A stretch of DNA of 24,000 bases, taken from the sequence record MK448998.1. The stretch is one strand, 5' to 3'. The notes under the pieces are model-generated. The model ran no database searches and was not told the origin of the DNA. It saw only the letters and a program-made list of their open reading frames with translations. Shown here piece by piece: positions 8,408 to 16,320 of the stretch; position 1 is the first letter of the stretch, and every line of letters begins with the position of its first letter. Origin of the DNA: Streptococcus phage Javan636. A program made the translations under genes and the position numbers.

Positions 8408-8686
8408 ATGAAGAATTTCGCATACCAGCCTCGCCAAAGCTCACAACTTAATGGCTGGTATGATTTTTGTAAGATTATGGAATGGATTGATTACGCTCTA
8501 TTTGAGCCAAAAAACAAAGAAGAAATAAAAAATAAAATTATAAACGATGGATACACTTTTCCACATTATGACAAATCAAGAAATAAAGTGAGATATACCA
8601 TTTCTGTTTTGGATATTGAGCGAGATTGCAAAAAATGCAATATTTCGCCAGACGATGTCTATCCATTGCAAATATCATTGTTTTAG
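8408..8686 (+). CDS. Phage hypothetical protein
   Basis: 92 aa co-oriented ORF. Confidence 0.7.
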   Translation: MKNFAYQPRQSSQLNGWYDFCKIMEWIDYALFEPKNKEEIKNKIINDGYTFPHYDKSRNKVRYTISVLDIERDCKKCNISPDDVYPLQISLF

Positions 8687-8697
8687 AAAGTAAAAAA

Positions 8698-9144
8698 ATG
8701 AAATTGATTATCGATATCGAACCAAAACCGCAGTCACGGCCAAGATTTAGTAAATGGGGTACATATGAATCTCCTGAAATGAAAGAGTGGCGTAAAAAAG
8801 TTACAGATTATTTTATCGAAAATTATTCAGGACATTATTTTGATTGTGCTGCTAAAGTTAACATCACATTTTACATGAAGGCACCAAAAACAATATCAAA
8901 AGAGCCTTCAAAACGTGCGAGATTGAAGACAATAGAGAAATTTCAAAGATTTGTTAGGGAATTGATCTGGCACGATAAAAAGCCGGATTTGGATAATTTA
9001 GTAAAAGCAGTTTTTGACAGTATTAGTAAATCTGAAATTGTATGGACTGATGACAATATTGTCTGTGACCTGCACGCAAAAAAGGTTTACAGTCCGAATC
9101 CAAGAATTGAGATAGAAATCGAGGAAATTAAAAATGACATTTGA
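8698..9144 (+). CDS. rusA: RusA-family crossover junction endodeoxyribonuclease
   Basis: 'IEPKPQSRPRF...HDKKPDLDNLVKAVFDSIS...IVWTDDNIVCDLHAKKVY'; ATG at 8698 gives MKLIIDIEPKPQSRPRF. Confidence 0.93.
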   Translation: MKLIIDIEPKPQSRPRFSKWGTYESPEMKEWRKKVTDYFIENYSGHYFDCAAKVNITFYMKAPKTISKEPSKRARLKTIEKFQRFVRELIWHDKKPDLDNLVKAVFDSISKSEIVWTDDNIVCDLHAKKVYSPNPRIEIEIEEIKNDI

Positions 9145-9454
9145 AGAATTACAAAAATTAGTTGAACAATGGGCAATTGATAGAGACTTAAATCATGCAG
9201 ACCCTAAAATCCAATGGATGCGAGTAACTGAAGAGGTTGGAGAAATTCGAGACGTCCTCTTGAAACCAACTAAATTTGATGATCCTGAGTTGGCTATGCG
9301 TGATGCTATCGGCGACTCACTTGTAACCTTGATCGTTTTATCTATGCAGCTAAATCAAAACCCTGTTGAATGCCTTGAGTATGCATATAACGAAATAAAA
9401 AACAGAAAAGGCTCTATGATCAATGGAACTTATGTAAAAAGCGAGGATTTGTAA
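9134..9454 (+). CDS. MazG-like nucleotide pyrophosphohydrolase family protein
   Basis: 'WMRVTEEVGEIRDVLL...AMRDAIGDSLVTLIVLS' (ExxE...D motif). Confidence 0.85.
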   Translation: MTFEELQKLVEQWAIDRDLNHADPKIQWMRVTEEVGEIRDVLLKPTKFDDPELAMRDAIGDSLVTLIVLSMQLNQNPVECLEYAYNEIKNRKGSMINGTYVKSEDL

Positions 9455-9630
9455 TGAGTAAAAACATGACAATAAAATGGCTTGTAGTAGTACACGAATG
9501 GGGTGGCTGGTTTAAGAAAAAAGATAAACCATATTATTTTCCAACTTTTAGTGAAGCTATTGATTTTTTCAACAAATTACCAAAGAACAAGAAGAAAGAT
9601 TATCCAGTGATGGTTGAGGTGCCAGAATGA
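9454..9630 (+). CDS. Small phage protein (58 aa, not in track)
   Basis: ATG overlaps preceding stop (TAATG) and its TGA overlaps the next ATG: MSKNMTIKWLVVVHEWGGWFKKKDKPYYFPTFSEAIDFFNKLPKNKKKDYPVMVEVPE*. Confidence 0.65.
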   Translation: MSKNMTIKWLVVVHEWGGWFKKKDKPYYFPTFSEAIDFFNKLPKNKKKDYPVMVEVPE

Positions 9631-9989
9631 TACCAAAGTTTAGGGCGTGGCATAAAGAGCTTAAGGTTATGTATGAAGTTTTGGCAATTGATTTTTTTAA
9701 TAAAGCCGTTACTGTAAAGTTTGATAAAGAACATTATAGAATTTATTCGTTCGATGACATTATCTTAATGCAATTAGCACACGAAGACGATTACCGCATC
9801 ATTTATGACAAAGATATAGTCATGGATGCAAATTCCGGTGAAATTGGAGTTGTTTTTTATAGTGAAGATGATTGTGCTTGGAAAGTTAAGACAGACTCAA
9901 CAGAGGATTGGTTATATGATTGGTTAGGTTGCGAAGTGTTAGGCAATGTCTACGAAAATCCTGATTTATTAGAAAGCGTGGAAGAATGA
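9627..9989 (+). CDS. YopX-family protein
   Basis: 'IPKFRAWHKELKVMYEVLAIDF...TGL-like EDDYRIIYDKDIV...GEIGVVFYSEDDCAWKV'. Confidence 0.85.
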   Translation: MIPKFRAWHKELKVMYEVLAIDFFNKAVTVKFDKEHYRIYSFDDIILMQLAHEDDYRIIYDKDIVMDANSGEIGVVFYSEDDCAWKVKTDSTEDWLYDWLGCEVLGNVYENPDLLESVEE

Positions 9990-10147
9990 ACAGAGAAAAT
10001 GAAATAAAGATTGTTTGGGTAAAGGGTTTTATTGATAAAAAAGGAGACATCATTATTCCAGTTGATAACAAAGGTGCATTTCATGTGATTCCAGCACCTT
10101 ATAAAGACGAAGCGACATGGAAATATGATGAAGAGGTACAAGAATGA
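9986..10147 (+). CDS. Small phage protein (53 aa, not in track)
   Basis: ATGA overlap with yopX-like gene: MNRENEIKIVWVKGFIDKKGDIIIPVDNKGAFHVIPAPYKDEATWKYDEEVQE*; overlaps the next ATG. Confidence 0.6.
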   Translation: MNRENEIKIVWVKGFIDKKGDIIIPVDNKGAFHVIPAPYKDEATWKYDEEVQE

Positions 10148-10272
10148 CAAAATACGACATCATAAGAGAACGAGCAGTACAGCTTCTTTGGGGATTTGGT
10201 GGCAGAAATTCAGATAAATTTGAAATGGACGGTAAGTTTTATAGGTTGACTTTGGAAGAGGTAGAAGAATGA
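10144..10272 (+). CDS. Small phage protein (42 aa, not in track)
   Basis: ATGA overlaps at both ends: MTKYDIIRERAVQLLWGFGGRNSDKFEMDGKFYRLTLEEVEE*. Confidence 0.5.
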   Translation: MTKYDIIRERAVQLLWGFGGRNSDKFEMDGKFYRLTLEEVEE

Positions 10273-10577
10273 ATTTTTCAAACGAAAACATGTATAAAGC
10301 GATAATTGAAATACAAGATAGACTTATCGAAAAGCTAAATAGATGGATGCTTGTTTTAACTCTCATTGCTATCATTTCAATCGGTTCAGTGGTTGCAGTT
10401 AACGACCACTACCAATACCAAATCACACATATCAAATCCGAACTAAAAGTAAAAAACAAACAAATCGACGGTCTGCATAAGCAACTCACACGCACGCAGT
10501 ATCAACTTAAGCGTGCTAAAAAGCAGAACGTTGAGCAGACTGCGAGAATAGCAGAGTTAACGAGAAACGGGGGCTAG
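10269..10577 (+). CDS. Small membrane-anchored coiled-coil protein
   Basis: Hydrophobic 'MLVLTLIAIISIGSVVAV' then lysine/glutamine-rich coiled coil. Confidence 0.75.
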   Translation: MNFSNENMYKAIIEIQDRLIEKLNRWMLVLTLIAIISIGSVVAVNDHYQYQITHIKSELKVKNKQIDGLHKQLTRTQYQLKRAKKQNVEQTARIAELTRNGG

Positions 10578-10579
10578 AT

Positions 10580-10789
10580 ATGGATTGTACAGGATTAATT
10601 AAAATTTACAAACAGCAAAAAAATATAGTGTGGAGACCTATCGAAGGTACAGAGTATGATTACTATTATGCCGAAGAAGGTATCTACATCTTTAAAAAAA
10701 CAGGCAGTTATGTTTTGCATATTTCAGAAGGTGGAAACCCATACAAGGCCTTTAATAAACTATCTGAATTAATCGGAAATGGAGGATAA
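10580..10789 (+). CDS. Phage hypothetical protein
   Basis: 69 aa ORF in operon array. Confidence 0.6.
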   Translation: MDCTGLIKIYKQQKNIVWRPIEGTEYDYYYAEEGIYIFKKTGSYVLHISEGGNPYKAFNKLSELIGNGG

Positions 10790-10792
10790 TTT

Positions 10793-11323
10793 ATGCCAAA
10801 TTGGTGCGAAGGTGTTATCAAAATAAGAGGTAACAAACAACAAATAATTAATTATCTTAAAGATTTACTTGAGCCTGTAAATTTTTTTGGCGAAGAGTTA
10901 AAGGTTAAAGTGACAGAAAATGATTATGATCTAACCTTTGAGTCGCTGGATGAATTCAAAAATATTGACAACCTAAAAGAAATCACAAAAGACCTGAAAG
11001 CTAAGCCTGCGTTTGACCGTTGGTATTTAAAGAACACACGTAGAGCCTTTATCGAATGCGATAAAAAAATATGTTTTGATTTTTGGGGTGATGAACAGGA
11101 AATCATTACCATTGATGGCCTTAATCAAGCTTGGGCAATTATACCTGAGAATTTTACAGAGCTATCAGAAAAACACAATGTCGATTTACACATTTTCGGT
11201 TTTGAAAAGGGTATGGTGTTTACGCAGGAAGTGGAGATCCACTCTGGCAAAATTGTCAAAAATATAGAGTCTACTTATGACAATTATCAATGGGATGTTG
11301 CTTTTAGCAATTTAGGAGGATAG
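10793..11323 (+). CDS. YubB/DUF1281-like protein
   Basis: 'MPNWCEGVIKIRG...WGDEQEIITIDGLNQAWAIIPENFTELSEKHNVDLHIFGFEKG...NLGG' pattern. Confidence 0.65.
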   Translation: MPNWCEGVIKIRGNKQQIINYLKDLLEPVNFFGEELKVKVTENDYDLTFESLDEFKNIDNLKEITKDLKAKPAFDRWYLKNTRRAFIECDKKICFDFWGDEQEIITIDGLNQAWAIIPENFTELSEKHNVDLHIFGFEKGMVFTQEVEIHSGKIVKNIESTYDNYQWDVAFSNLGG

Positions 11324-11326
11324 CAA

Positions 11327-11476
11327 ATGAAGCCTAACAGATATCCGTACCAAAATAGGATACACGAACACGATCCTAAAGTTGTCATTGACCAAAAAGG
11401 ATATAGAGTTGAGTGCAGATATTGCAAAAAAATATTTTTAGAAGTTATTACAAAAGAGGTAGCAAATGAAGATTGA
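11327..11476 (+). CDS. Small phage protein (49 aa, not in track)
   Basis: MKPNRYPYQNRIHEHDPKVVIDQKGYRVECRYCKKIFLEVITKEVANED*; TTTAGGAGGA RBS upstream. Confidence 0.55.
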   Translation: MKPNRYPYQNRIHEHDPKVVIDQKGYRVECRYCKKIFLEVITKEVANED

Positions 11477-12053
11477 AGAAGCGAAAGAAGCGATTAAAGC
11501 AAGAAGTAAAGAAATGGCTGAAAAAAATGCAATAAACAGCTTTGGTCATATCCCTGTGCAACAAGCTATTCCTATAAGTGATGTTATTAAAATACTAGAC
11601 CAATTAGACCAACCAAAAACAGTCTTAAAAAAAGAACATGCAGAATGGTTGGAAGAATTGAAGAATGAATTTCCTTACAATTTACCTAACCAACTTTACC
11701 ACATCACAAGGCAAGGTTGGGGTTATGGATTAGTATTTGAATCTAATGCAGGACAAAAAATAAAAATCAGTAACCTTGATGATGGAAAACTAAAGAAAGA
11801 TTTAGTTAACGCTCTTATTTACGGCTACACAGTCGAAAAAGAGAAGTTGTACACTGTCGTTATACCGAATCCGCACGAAAAACAATTAAGCTATGTGTTA
11901 ATGAGACGGCCCAATGGAAATGTAATAATAAATGTTGTGCACAGTTCTAATTTAGACTTACTTAAGACTGATAACGACCTTCAACTAACAGAAGCAGAAA
12001 TCCGCAAAGATTTCGACTGGGCGTGGCAGTGGAAGAAAGAGGTGACGGAATGA
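11466..12053 (+). CDS. DUF1642 domain protein
   Basis: Basic, 195 aa; N-terminal 'MKIEEAKEAIKARSKEM' and C-terminal 'AEIRKDFDWAWQWKKEVTE' as in lactococcal/streptococcal phage DUF1642 proteins. Confidence 0.85.
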   Translation: MKIEEAKEAIKARSKEMAEKNAINSFGHIPVQQAIPISDVIKILDQLDQPKTVLKKEHAEWLEELKNEFPYNLPNQLYHITRQGWGYGLVFESNAGQKIKISNLDDGKLKKDLVNALIYGYTVEKEKLYTVVIPNPHEKQLSYVLMRRPNGNVIINVVHSSNLDLLKTDNDLQLTEAEIRKDFDWAWQWKKEVTE

Positions 12054-12247
12054 TTGAAGCTGAAATATATTTTAACGAAATTATGAGCGTTACAAACGTA
12101 AGCAGTGATGAAAGCTTTAATGAGCTGATAAATAAAGTATCAGAATCAATAGCTACTGGAAAAGCACTTGCTCTACATTCGCACGATGACGTAATTGTTG
12201 TTAATCCAAATGAAATAAAATTTGTGAGGTTAAAAAATAAATGCTAA
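12050..12247 (+). CDS. Phage hypothetical protein
   Basis: ATG at 12050 overlaps upstream TGA (MIEAEIYFNEI...); track start 12023 less likely. Confidence 0.6.
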   Translation: MIEAEIYFNEIMSVTNVSSDESFNELINKVSESIATGKALALHSHDDVIVVNPNEIKFVRLKNKC

Positions 12248-12876
12248 CCACAAATCAAATTCATGACCTACTCGGTGTCGATGAAGTCTACAAAGCACCT
12301 GACACGCTAATGGAGTTACTATTCGATAAAGAAAAGCGTGAAGATCTATTTCGTCGTTTCCTAGAAATCGAAACAGATGTATCTTACGAATGGTTCATGC
12401 AATACTTCGAAGAAGAACAAGCAGACCGTAAGAATAAAAAGCAAGATTTCACACCTAAGTCGATTAGCACACTCTTATCTAAAATCGTGAGTGGTAACCA
12501 GTATTATGAGGTGGCAGCTGGAACAGGTGGGATACTTATCCAAGCATGGCAAGAGCAAAGGTTGAATGATAATCCTTTTACATATCGTCCGTCGAACTAT
12601 TGGTATCATGTCGAGGAACTTTCGGATAAAGCAATACCTTTTCTTCTATTTAACATGCTGATTAGAGGCATGAATGGCATTGTAGTACATGGCGACGCTT
12701 TGACTAGAGAAATTAAAAACGTGTACTTTTTGCAGAACACAAAAGATGACTATTTAGGATTTTCAGATTTAAACGTTGTGCCGCGGAATGAGTTTACAGA
12801 GAAAGAATTTAATGTCAGAAAGTGGATAGGCGATGCACGAGTGCATGTTGAAAGTCCGCTTATGAAATGGAGGTGA
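12241..12876 (+). CDS. SAM-dependent methyltransferase-like protein (N6-adenine MTase/HsdM-like fold), NPPY/F motif not seen
   Basis: 'QDFTPKSISTLLSKIV' and motif I-like 'YYEVAAGTGGILIQAW', 'VVHGDALTREIKN'. Confidence 0.75.
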   Translation: MLTTNQIHDLLGVDEVYKAPDTLMELLFDKEKREDLFRRFLEIETDVSYEWFMQYFEEEQADRKNKKQDFTPKSISTLLSKIVSGNQYYEVAAGTGGILIQAWQEQRLNDNPFTYRPSNYWYHVEELSDKAIPFLLFNMLIRGMNGIVVHGDALTREIKNVYFLQNTKDDYLGFSDLNVVPRNEFTEKEFNVRKWIGDARVHVESPLMKWR

Positions 12877-12880
12877 TGGA

Positions 12881-13060
12881 ATGAACAAGCGCCAAAAGAA
12901 AAAGAAAATGCTGAACGGGCTGAATAAAGAAAAAAGATACCGTGCAACTCATTGTCCAATATGTGATGGAAAAGTTGGTTTATTTGATGATTATTTTAAC
13001 GAGTACGGATTTTGTTCAGTGTCTTGCGGATTTGAATATTACAATTTTTCGCCATACTAA
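12881..13060 (+). CDS. Small zinc-ribbon-like protein (59 aa, not in track)
   Basis: GGAGGTG RBS; MNKRQKKKKMLNGLNKEKRYRATHCPICDGKVGLFDDYFNEYGFCSVSCGFEYYNFSPY* with CPIC...CSVSC. Confidence 0.65.
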   Translation: MNKRQKKKKMLNGLNKEKRYRATHCPICDGKVGLFDDYFNEYGFCSVSCGFEYYNFSPY

Positions 13061-13072
13061 GGAGGTTGGAGA

Positions 13073-13258
13073 ATGATTAGACAAATAATTGACGCAATGA
13101 AATTAATTAAGTTGCTAAAAAAAGGAGATAACAAGATCATGGTCATGTCGTTTTTAGGTAAAATTGAATGCTATGAAGTGATATCAATCTGTCGCGATAA
13201 ATCAGGCTATATTGACCTTTGTGGAAAAGTGATTGATTTAGAGGAGAAAAATAAATGA
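13073..13258 (+). CDS. Phage hypothetical protein
   Basis: 61 aa, GGAGG RBS, ATGA overlap with next ORF. Confidence 0.6.
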   Translation: MIRQIIDAMKLIKLLKKGDNKIMVMSFLGKIECYEVISICRDKSGYIDLCGKVIDLEEKNK

Positions 13259-13491
13259 CTAATACAGAACAATTTGTAGGTGTTTTGCTTGTCGGAGAAA
13301 AAGACGGACAATATATTTTAAAAGATACAAAGGCGGTAAGAGGTCAAATTGATTTAATATACCTAAAAAAAGAAAATGCCAGGTATATTTTGGAAAATTA
13401 CCCACAATATCAAAAAAACTTGCTTATTTCTAAGCAAGTAGCAAATGAAAAATTCCCAAATATGAATTGGGTATCAATTAAGGAGATATAA
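13255..13491 (+). CDS. Phage hypothetical protein
   Basis: 78 aa, overlapping start. Confidence 0.6.
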   Translation: MTNTEQFVGVLLVGEKDGQYILKDTKAVRGQIDLIYLKKENARYILENYPQYQKNLLISKQVANEKFPNMNWVSIKEI

Positions 13492-13493
13492 AA

Positions 13494-13751
13494 ATGTATA
13501 AATTAACTTACGTAGAAAGCAACTTAGATAAACGCACAGAGATTGGACAATTCAAAACAATTAAAGAATGCATGCAGAGAGCATCTGATTTTTGCTTAAG
13601 CGACCTTGGTATGTCAGCTATTGTCCCTCCTGAACATAACCAAGTGAAGGAAGGTAATGTTATTAAGGCGACTTTCGGAGCAGTATCAAGATGGTTTGAA
13701 GTTGAGAAAGTAGTTGTTAAGAAAAAATCGGAAAAAGGAGTGGTTAAATAA
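13494..13751 (+). CDS. Phage hypothetical protein
   Basis: 85 aa. Confidence 0.6.
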   Translation: MYKLTYVESNLDKRTEIGQFKTIKECMQRASDFCLSDLGMSAIVPPEHNQVKEGNVIKATFGAVSRWFEVEKVVVKKKSEKGVVK

Positions 13752-14038
13752 TGGTTTTGGGCAACATAAATATAACAATAACAAATCTTGATAAGATTGA
13801 AAAAGCTGTCAGAGACGTTAAAAGAGCTGTCACTATGTTAAATAATCTAGATTTTGAAATTGTAGATTCTAATAAAAAAGAACAATGTGGAATTGTACAG
13901 ACAATTTATGAAATCGATGCTGGGTACGATATTGGAGAAGCGTATGAAATAGCAGAGCTGAACGGATATGACTTTATTAAATTTAACGGGAAAATACTTG
14001 ACGTATCAACTCATTCACAGGTTGGTAATTTTACGTAA
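13751..14038 (+). CDS. Phage hypothetical protein
   Basis: 95 aa, overlapping start. Confidence 0.6.
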   Translation: MVLGNINITITNLDKIEKAVRDVKRAVTMLNNLDFEIVDSNKKEQCGIVQTIYEIDAGYDIGEAYEIAELNGYDFIKFNGKILDVSTHSQVGNFT

Positions 14039-14050
14039 AGAGGAGAGAAA

Positions 14051-14323
14051 ATGACTGGAAGTTTAATCGCACTTTTACTATCGTCTAACATCGTGCTTAT
14101 TATTGCTTATTACAGTGAAAGGCATATGAAAGAAATGTACAAAGAGTCATTTGAAGAATACAGTCAGAAGTATATCGATTCTTTGGACAATAGGATAGAT
14201 CTGATAAGAAAGAAAGACGCAGAATATTTAGATCTTGCAAGAAACTGCAATAAAGAAATTGACAAATTAAGAACTGAAAATTATTTAATGAATAATTACA
14301 TCAACGGTCTTAAAGAAAATTAA
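14051..14323 (+). CDS. Small membrane-anchored coiled-coil protein
   Basis: N-terminal 'LIALLLSSNIVLIIAYY' TM segment. Confidence 0.7.
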   Translation: MTGSLIALLLSSNIVLIIAYYSERHMKEMYKESFEEYSQKYIDSLDNRIDLIRKKDAEYLDLARNCNKEIDKLRTENYLMNNYINGLKEN

Positions 14324-14515
14324 TTGCTAGGCTTGCCAATCTGGAACAACGGTTTGCAAGTCGTTAACCGAAAAATAAAAAAGGAGTACTTTTAAAATTT
14401 CAATACAAAAACTAAAGCGATTTATCGGTTAATCGTGATTATCCAAGCGATAGCTGAAAAAATTATATAGAAATGAGGAAATTCTCCAAACCAAATTCTT
14501 TTAAGTGATAGTTCT

Positions 14516-14558
14516 AGCCAACGCGAGCGCGAACAGGTCTGCGATGATCTGGTTGGCT
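14516..14558 (+). ncRNA. Candidate structured RNA element in a non-coding stretch
   Basis: AGCCAAC (14516-14522)/GTTGGCT (14552-14558) plus directly stacked CAGGTC (14534-14539)/GATCTG (14546-14551). Confidence 0.4.
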
Positions 14559-14770
14559 TTAAACCGAAATTAAAAATTTAGAGAAGAGGTAAATCTCCTT
14601 ATTACGAAACTCAAAATCTAAAGTCGATTATCGGTTGTCGATGATTATTCAAGCATAATGCTGCACAAATAAAAAAGAAAGCGAGGAATGAAACAAAAAA
14701 AGGCACGTTTTGAACGCACCATTAAAAATATTTCCATAAAAAATTATAACATAAATTGGAGGTTTAAAGC

Positions 14771-15196
14771 GTGTTTTTTCCAGAAATTGATATCAATAAA
14801 ACAAAAGCGAATGCAAAGCGTAAGTTGAGAGAGTATCCGCGATGGAAACGTGTCGCACAAGATGTTGATACACAGAAAATAACTGCAACATACTCATTTG
14901 AGCCAAGGCAGGCACACAGTTCCCCTAGCAGACCAGTAGAACGTTTAGCAATTAACAGAGTGGATGCTGAGAGCGAGCTTGAAGCAATTGAAAACGCGTT
15001 TAACGGGTTATTTTATTCAGAGTACAGACGCATCATTTACGATAAGTTTTTAAACCCATTTAAAAAGCCAGATAGAGAAATTTATACAGAATTATGCATG
15101 TCAGAAAGTATGTACTACGATGAGTTAGAAAACGCACTTCTGGCATTTGCTGAACTATATCGTGAGGGGGCTTTAATCGTGGAGATTGTTAACTGA
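14771..15196 (+). CDS. arpU: ArpU-family phage transcriptional regulator
   Basis: GTG start with GGAGGT RBS; 'MFFPEIDINKTKANAKRKLREYPRWKRVA...' and C-terminal sigma-like 'REIYTELCMSESMYYDELENALLAFAELY'. Confidence 0.88.
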   Translation: MFFPEIDINKTKANAKRKLREYPRWKRVAQDVDTQKITATYSFEPRQAHSSPSRPVERLAINRVDAESELEAIENAFNGLFYSEYRRIIYDKFLNPFKKPDREIYTELCMSESMYYDELENALLAFAELYREGALIVEIVN

Positions 15197-15284
15197 AAAT
15201 ATACAGAAAAAAGATAGAATATACCATTTTATGTATGTTATTATAGTATTATCGAAATAGTAAGAAGACGCACACGTTTTGGCC

Positions 15285-15324
15285 TCCGATTTCACGCTGA
15301 AATACCAACTTTAGCTTTGGCGGA
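15285..15324 (+). ncRNA. Three-way-junction-like structured element, 5' part of large non-coding locus
   Basis: TCCG (15285-15288)/CGGA (15321-15324) enclosing ATTTCA-CGC-TGAAAT (15289-15303) and CCAA (15305-15308)/TTGG (15317-15320). Confidence 0.5.
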
Positions 15325-15366
15325 ACTTGCATTTTGATGTTGTCGGCCTCGCACGGCTGACACAAC

Positions 15367-15456
15367 GGAAGGTTGGCAGAGTGGCTTATTGCGCTTGGTT
15401 GCTAACCGAGTGAACGTTACCTTAGCGTTCCACTGGTTCGAATCCAGTACCTTCCT
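15367..15456 (+). tRNA. tRNA-Ser(GCU)
   Basis: Acceptor GGAAGGT/ACCTTCC, D arm, anticodon stem CTTGG/CCGAG with loop TTGCTAA, long variable arm GAACG/CGTTC, T arm ACTGG-TTCGAAT-CCAGT. Confidence 0.95.
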
Positions 15457-15460
15457 TTTA

Positions 15461-16020
15461 TGGCTTAGCATAGATAATCTGTGGCGACACAGGAAAGCTT
15501 GTGGTCCTTTGTACCGACCGAAGCGCCTTAACAGGTCAAACTAAGCAACACAATCTGAATGACATGACAACGTGTCAGCAAATGAAGCTAAAGAGCCTTT
15601 GCGAGATGCAAAAGCCTAGAGCCAATCGGTGAAGGAATGGTCAAACATTGCTTGAGGCGAATTTGTAAGAGGAATAAGACAACGAAGTTCGAGTGTGGTA
15701 GCGAGAGCGGTTGTCATGATAGTGGATATTTGGTGGGAGCCAGATAGAAGCTGTCAAGCCGAAGCATACCAAAGCGTAGGTAATAAGTAGGCGTTGCGCA
15801 TTTTGTTTCTCAAAAGGAAACGAAACGCAAGGCAATGCACGTCTACGGTACAAAACAATAATGCTATATTGGATTTAATATGAACAGATTATTAAAAAGC
15901 GAAAGTCATTGCCCGTCTTAATCGAAAGTGTACTTCGGTAACTAGGTTACCTGCTGATTTCTCGCAAGGATTGAGGCAAAGTCGAAGAGTAAAGCAACTT
16001 AGACCTTTAGCGGGGTTTTT
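15461..16020 (+). ncRNA. Large ornate structured ncRNA, ROOL/GOLLD-class candidate
   Basis: No plausible ORF; many perfect stems: GCTTAG 15463-15468/CTAAGC 15541-15546; TGACA 15565-15569/TGTCA 15573-15577; GACAAC 15678-15683/GTTGTC 15710-15715; GTAG 15787-15790/CTAC 15843-15846 enclosing GCGTTGC 15791-15797/GCAATGC 15832-15838; GTTTC 15805-15809/GAAAC 15817-15821; UACUUCGGUA at 15931-15940; GTAAC/GTTAC 15938-15950. Between two tRNAs, upstream of the terminase genes. Confidence 0.65.
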
Positions 16021-16180
16021 GATAATTGAAAAACGGCTTAGTAGATTGTGACGATATGAGTGATTAGCATTACTAATCGTACATGGTTATTACTCGGAGG
16101 AATTCGAGTGGATAAGAGACTAAAACATAAGGTCTCAAAAGATAACTAATTAAACGTGTAATCTCAGCGATTTAAGGTTT

Positions 16181-16256
16181 TGGGATGTAGCTCTTAAAGG
16201 TAGAGCGCCTGGCTTTTAAAGTCAGGAGGTTGTAGGTTCGAATCCTGCTATCTCAA
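16181..16256 (+). tRNA. Atypical tRNA (Lys-like body; 6-bp anticodon stem, 7-nt loop centred on UUA)
   Basis: Acceptor TGGGATG/TATCTCA, D arm GCTC/GAGC, anticodon arm CCTGGC-TTTTAAA-GTCAGG, T arm GTAGG-TTCGAAT-CCTGC, discriminator A. Confidence 0.85.
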
Positions 16257-16320
16257 TTAGTGGTGTTATAGCCACTAAAGGCAGAGAAACAACAACAGAC
16301 GGCAAGTTTTTGATGTTTGT

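Noticed and set aside
14688-14828. 46-aa ORF MKQKKARFERTIKNISIKNYNINWRFKAC... overlapping the arpU start
   Set aside because: Weak SD with too-short spacing and out-of-frame overlap with arpU; plausible but not supportable without ribosome profiling or conservation.
15641-15853. 70-aa minus-strand ORF in the structured non-coding locus
   Set aside because: No RBS context or domain, opposite to all nearby genes, and covers several perfect RNA stems; better explained by the structured RNA.
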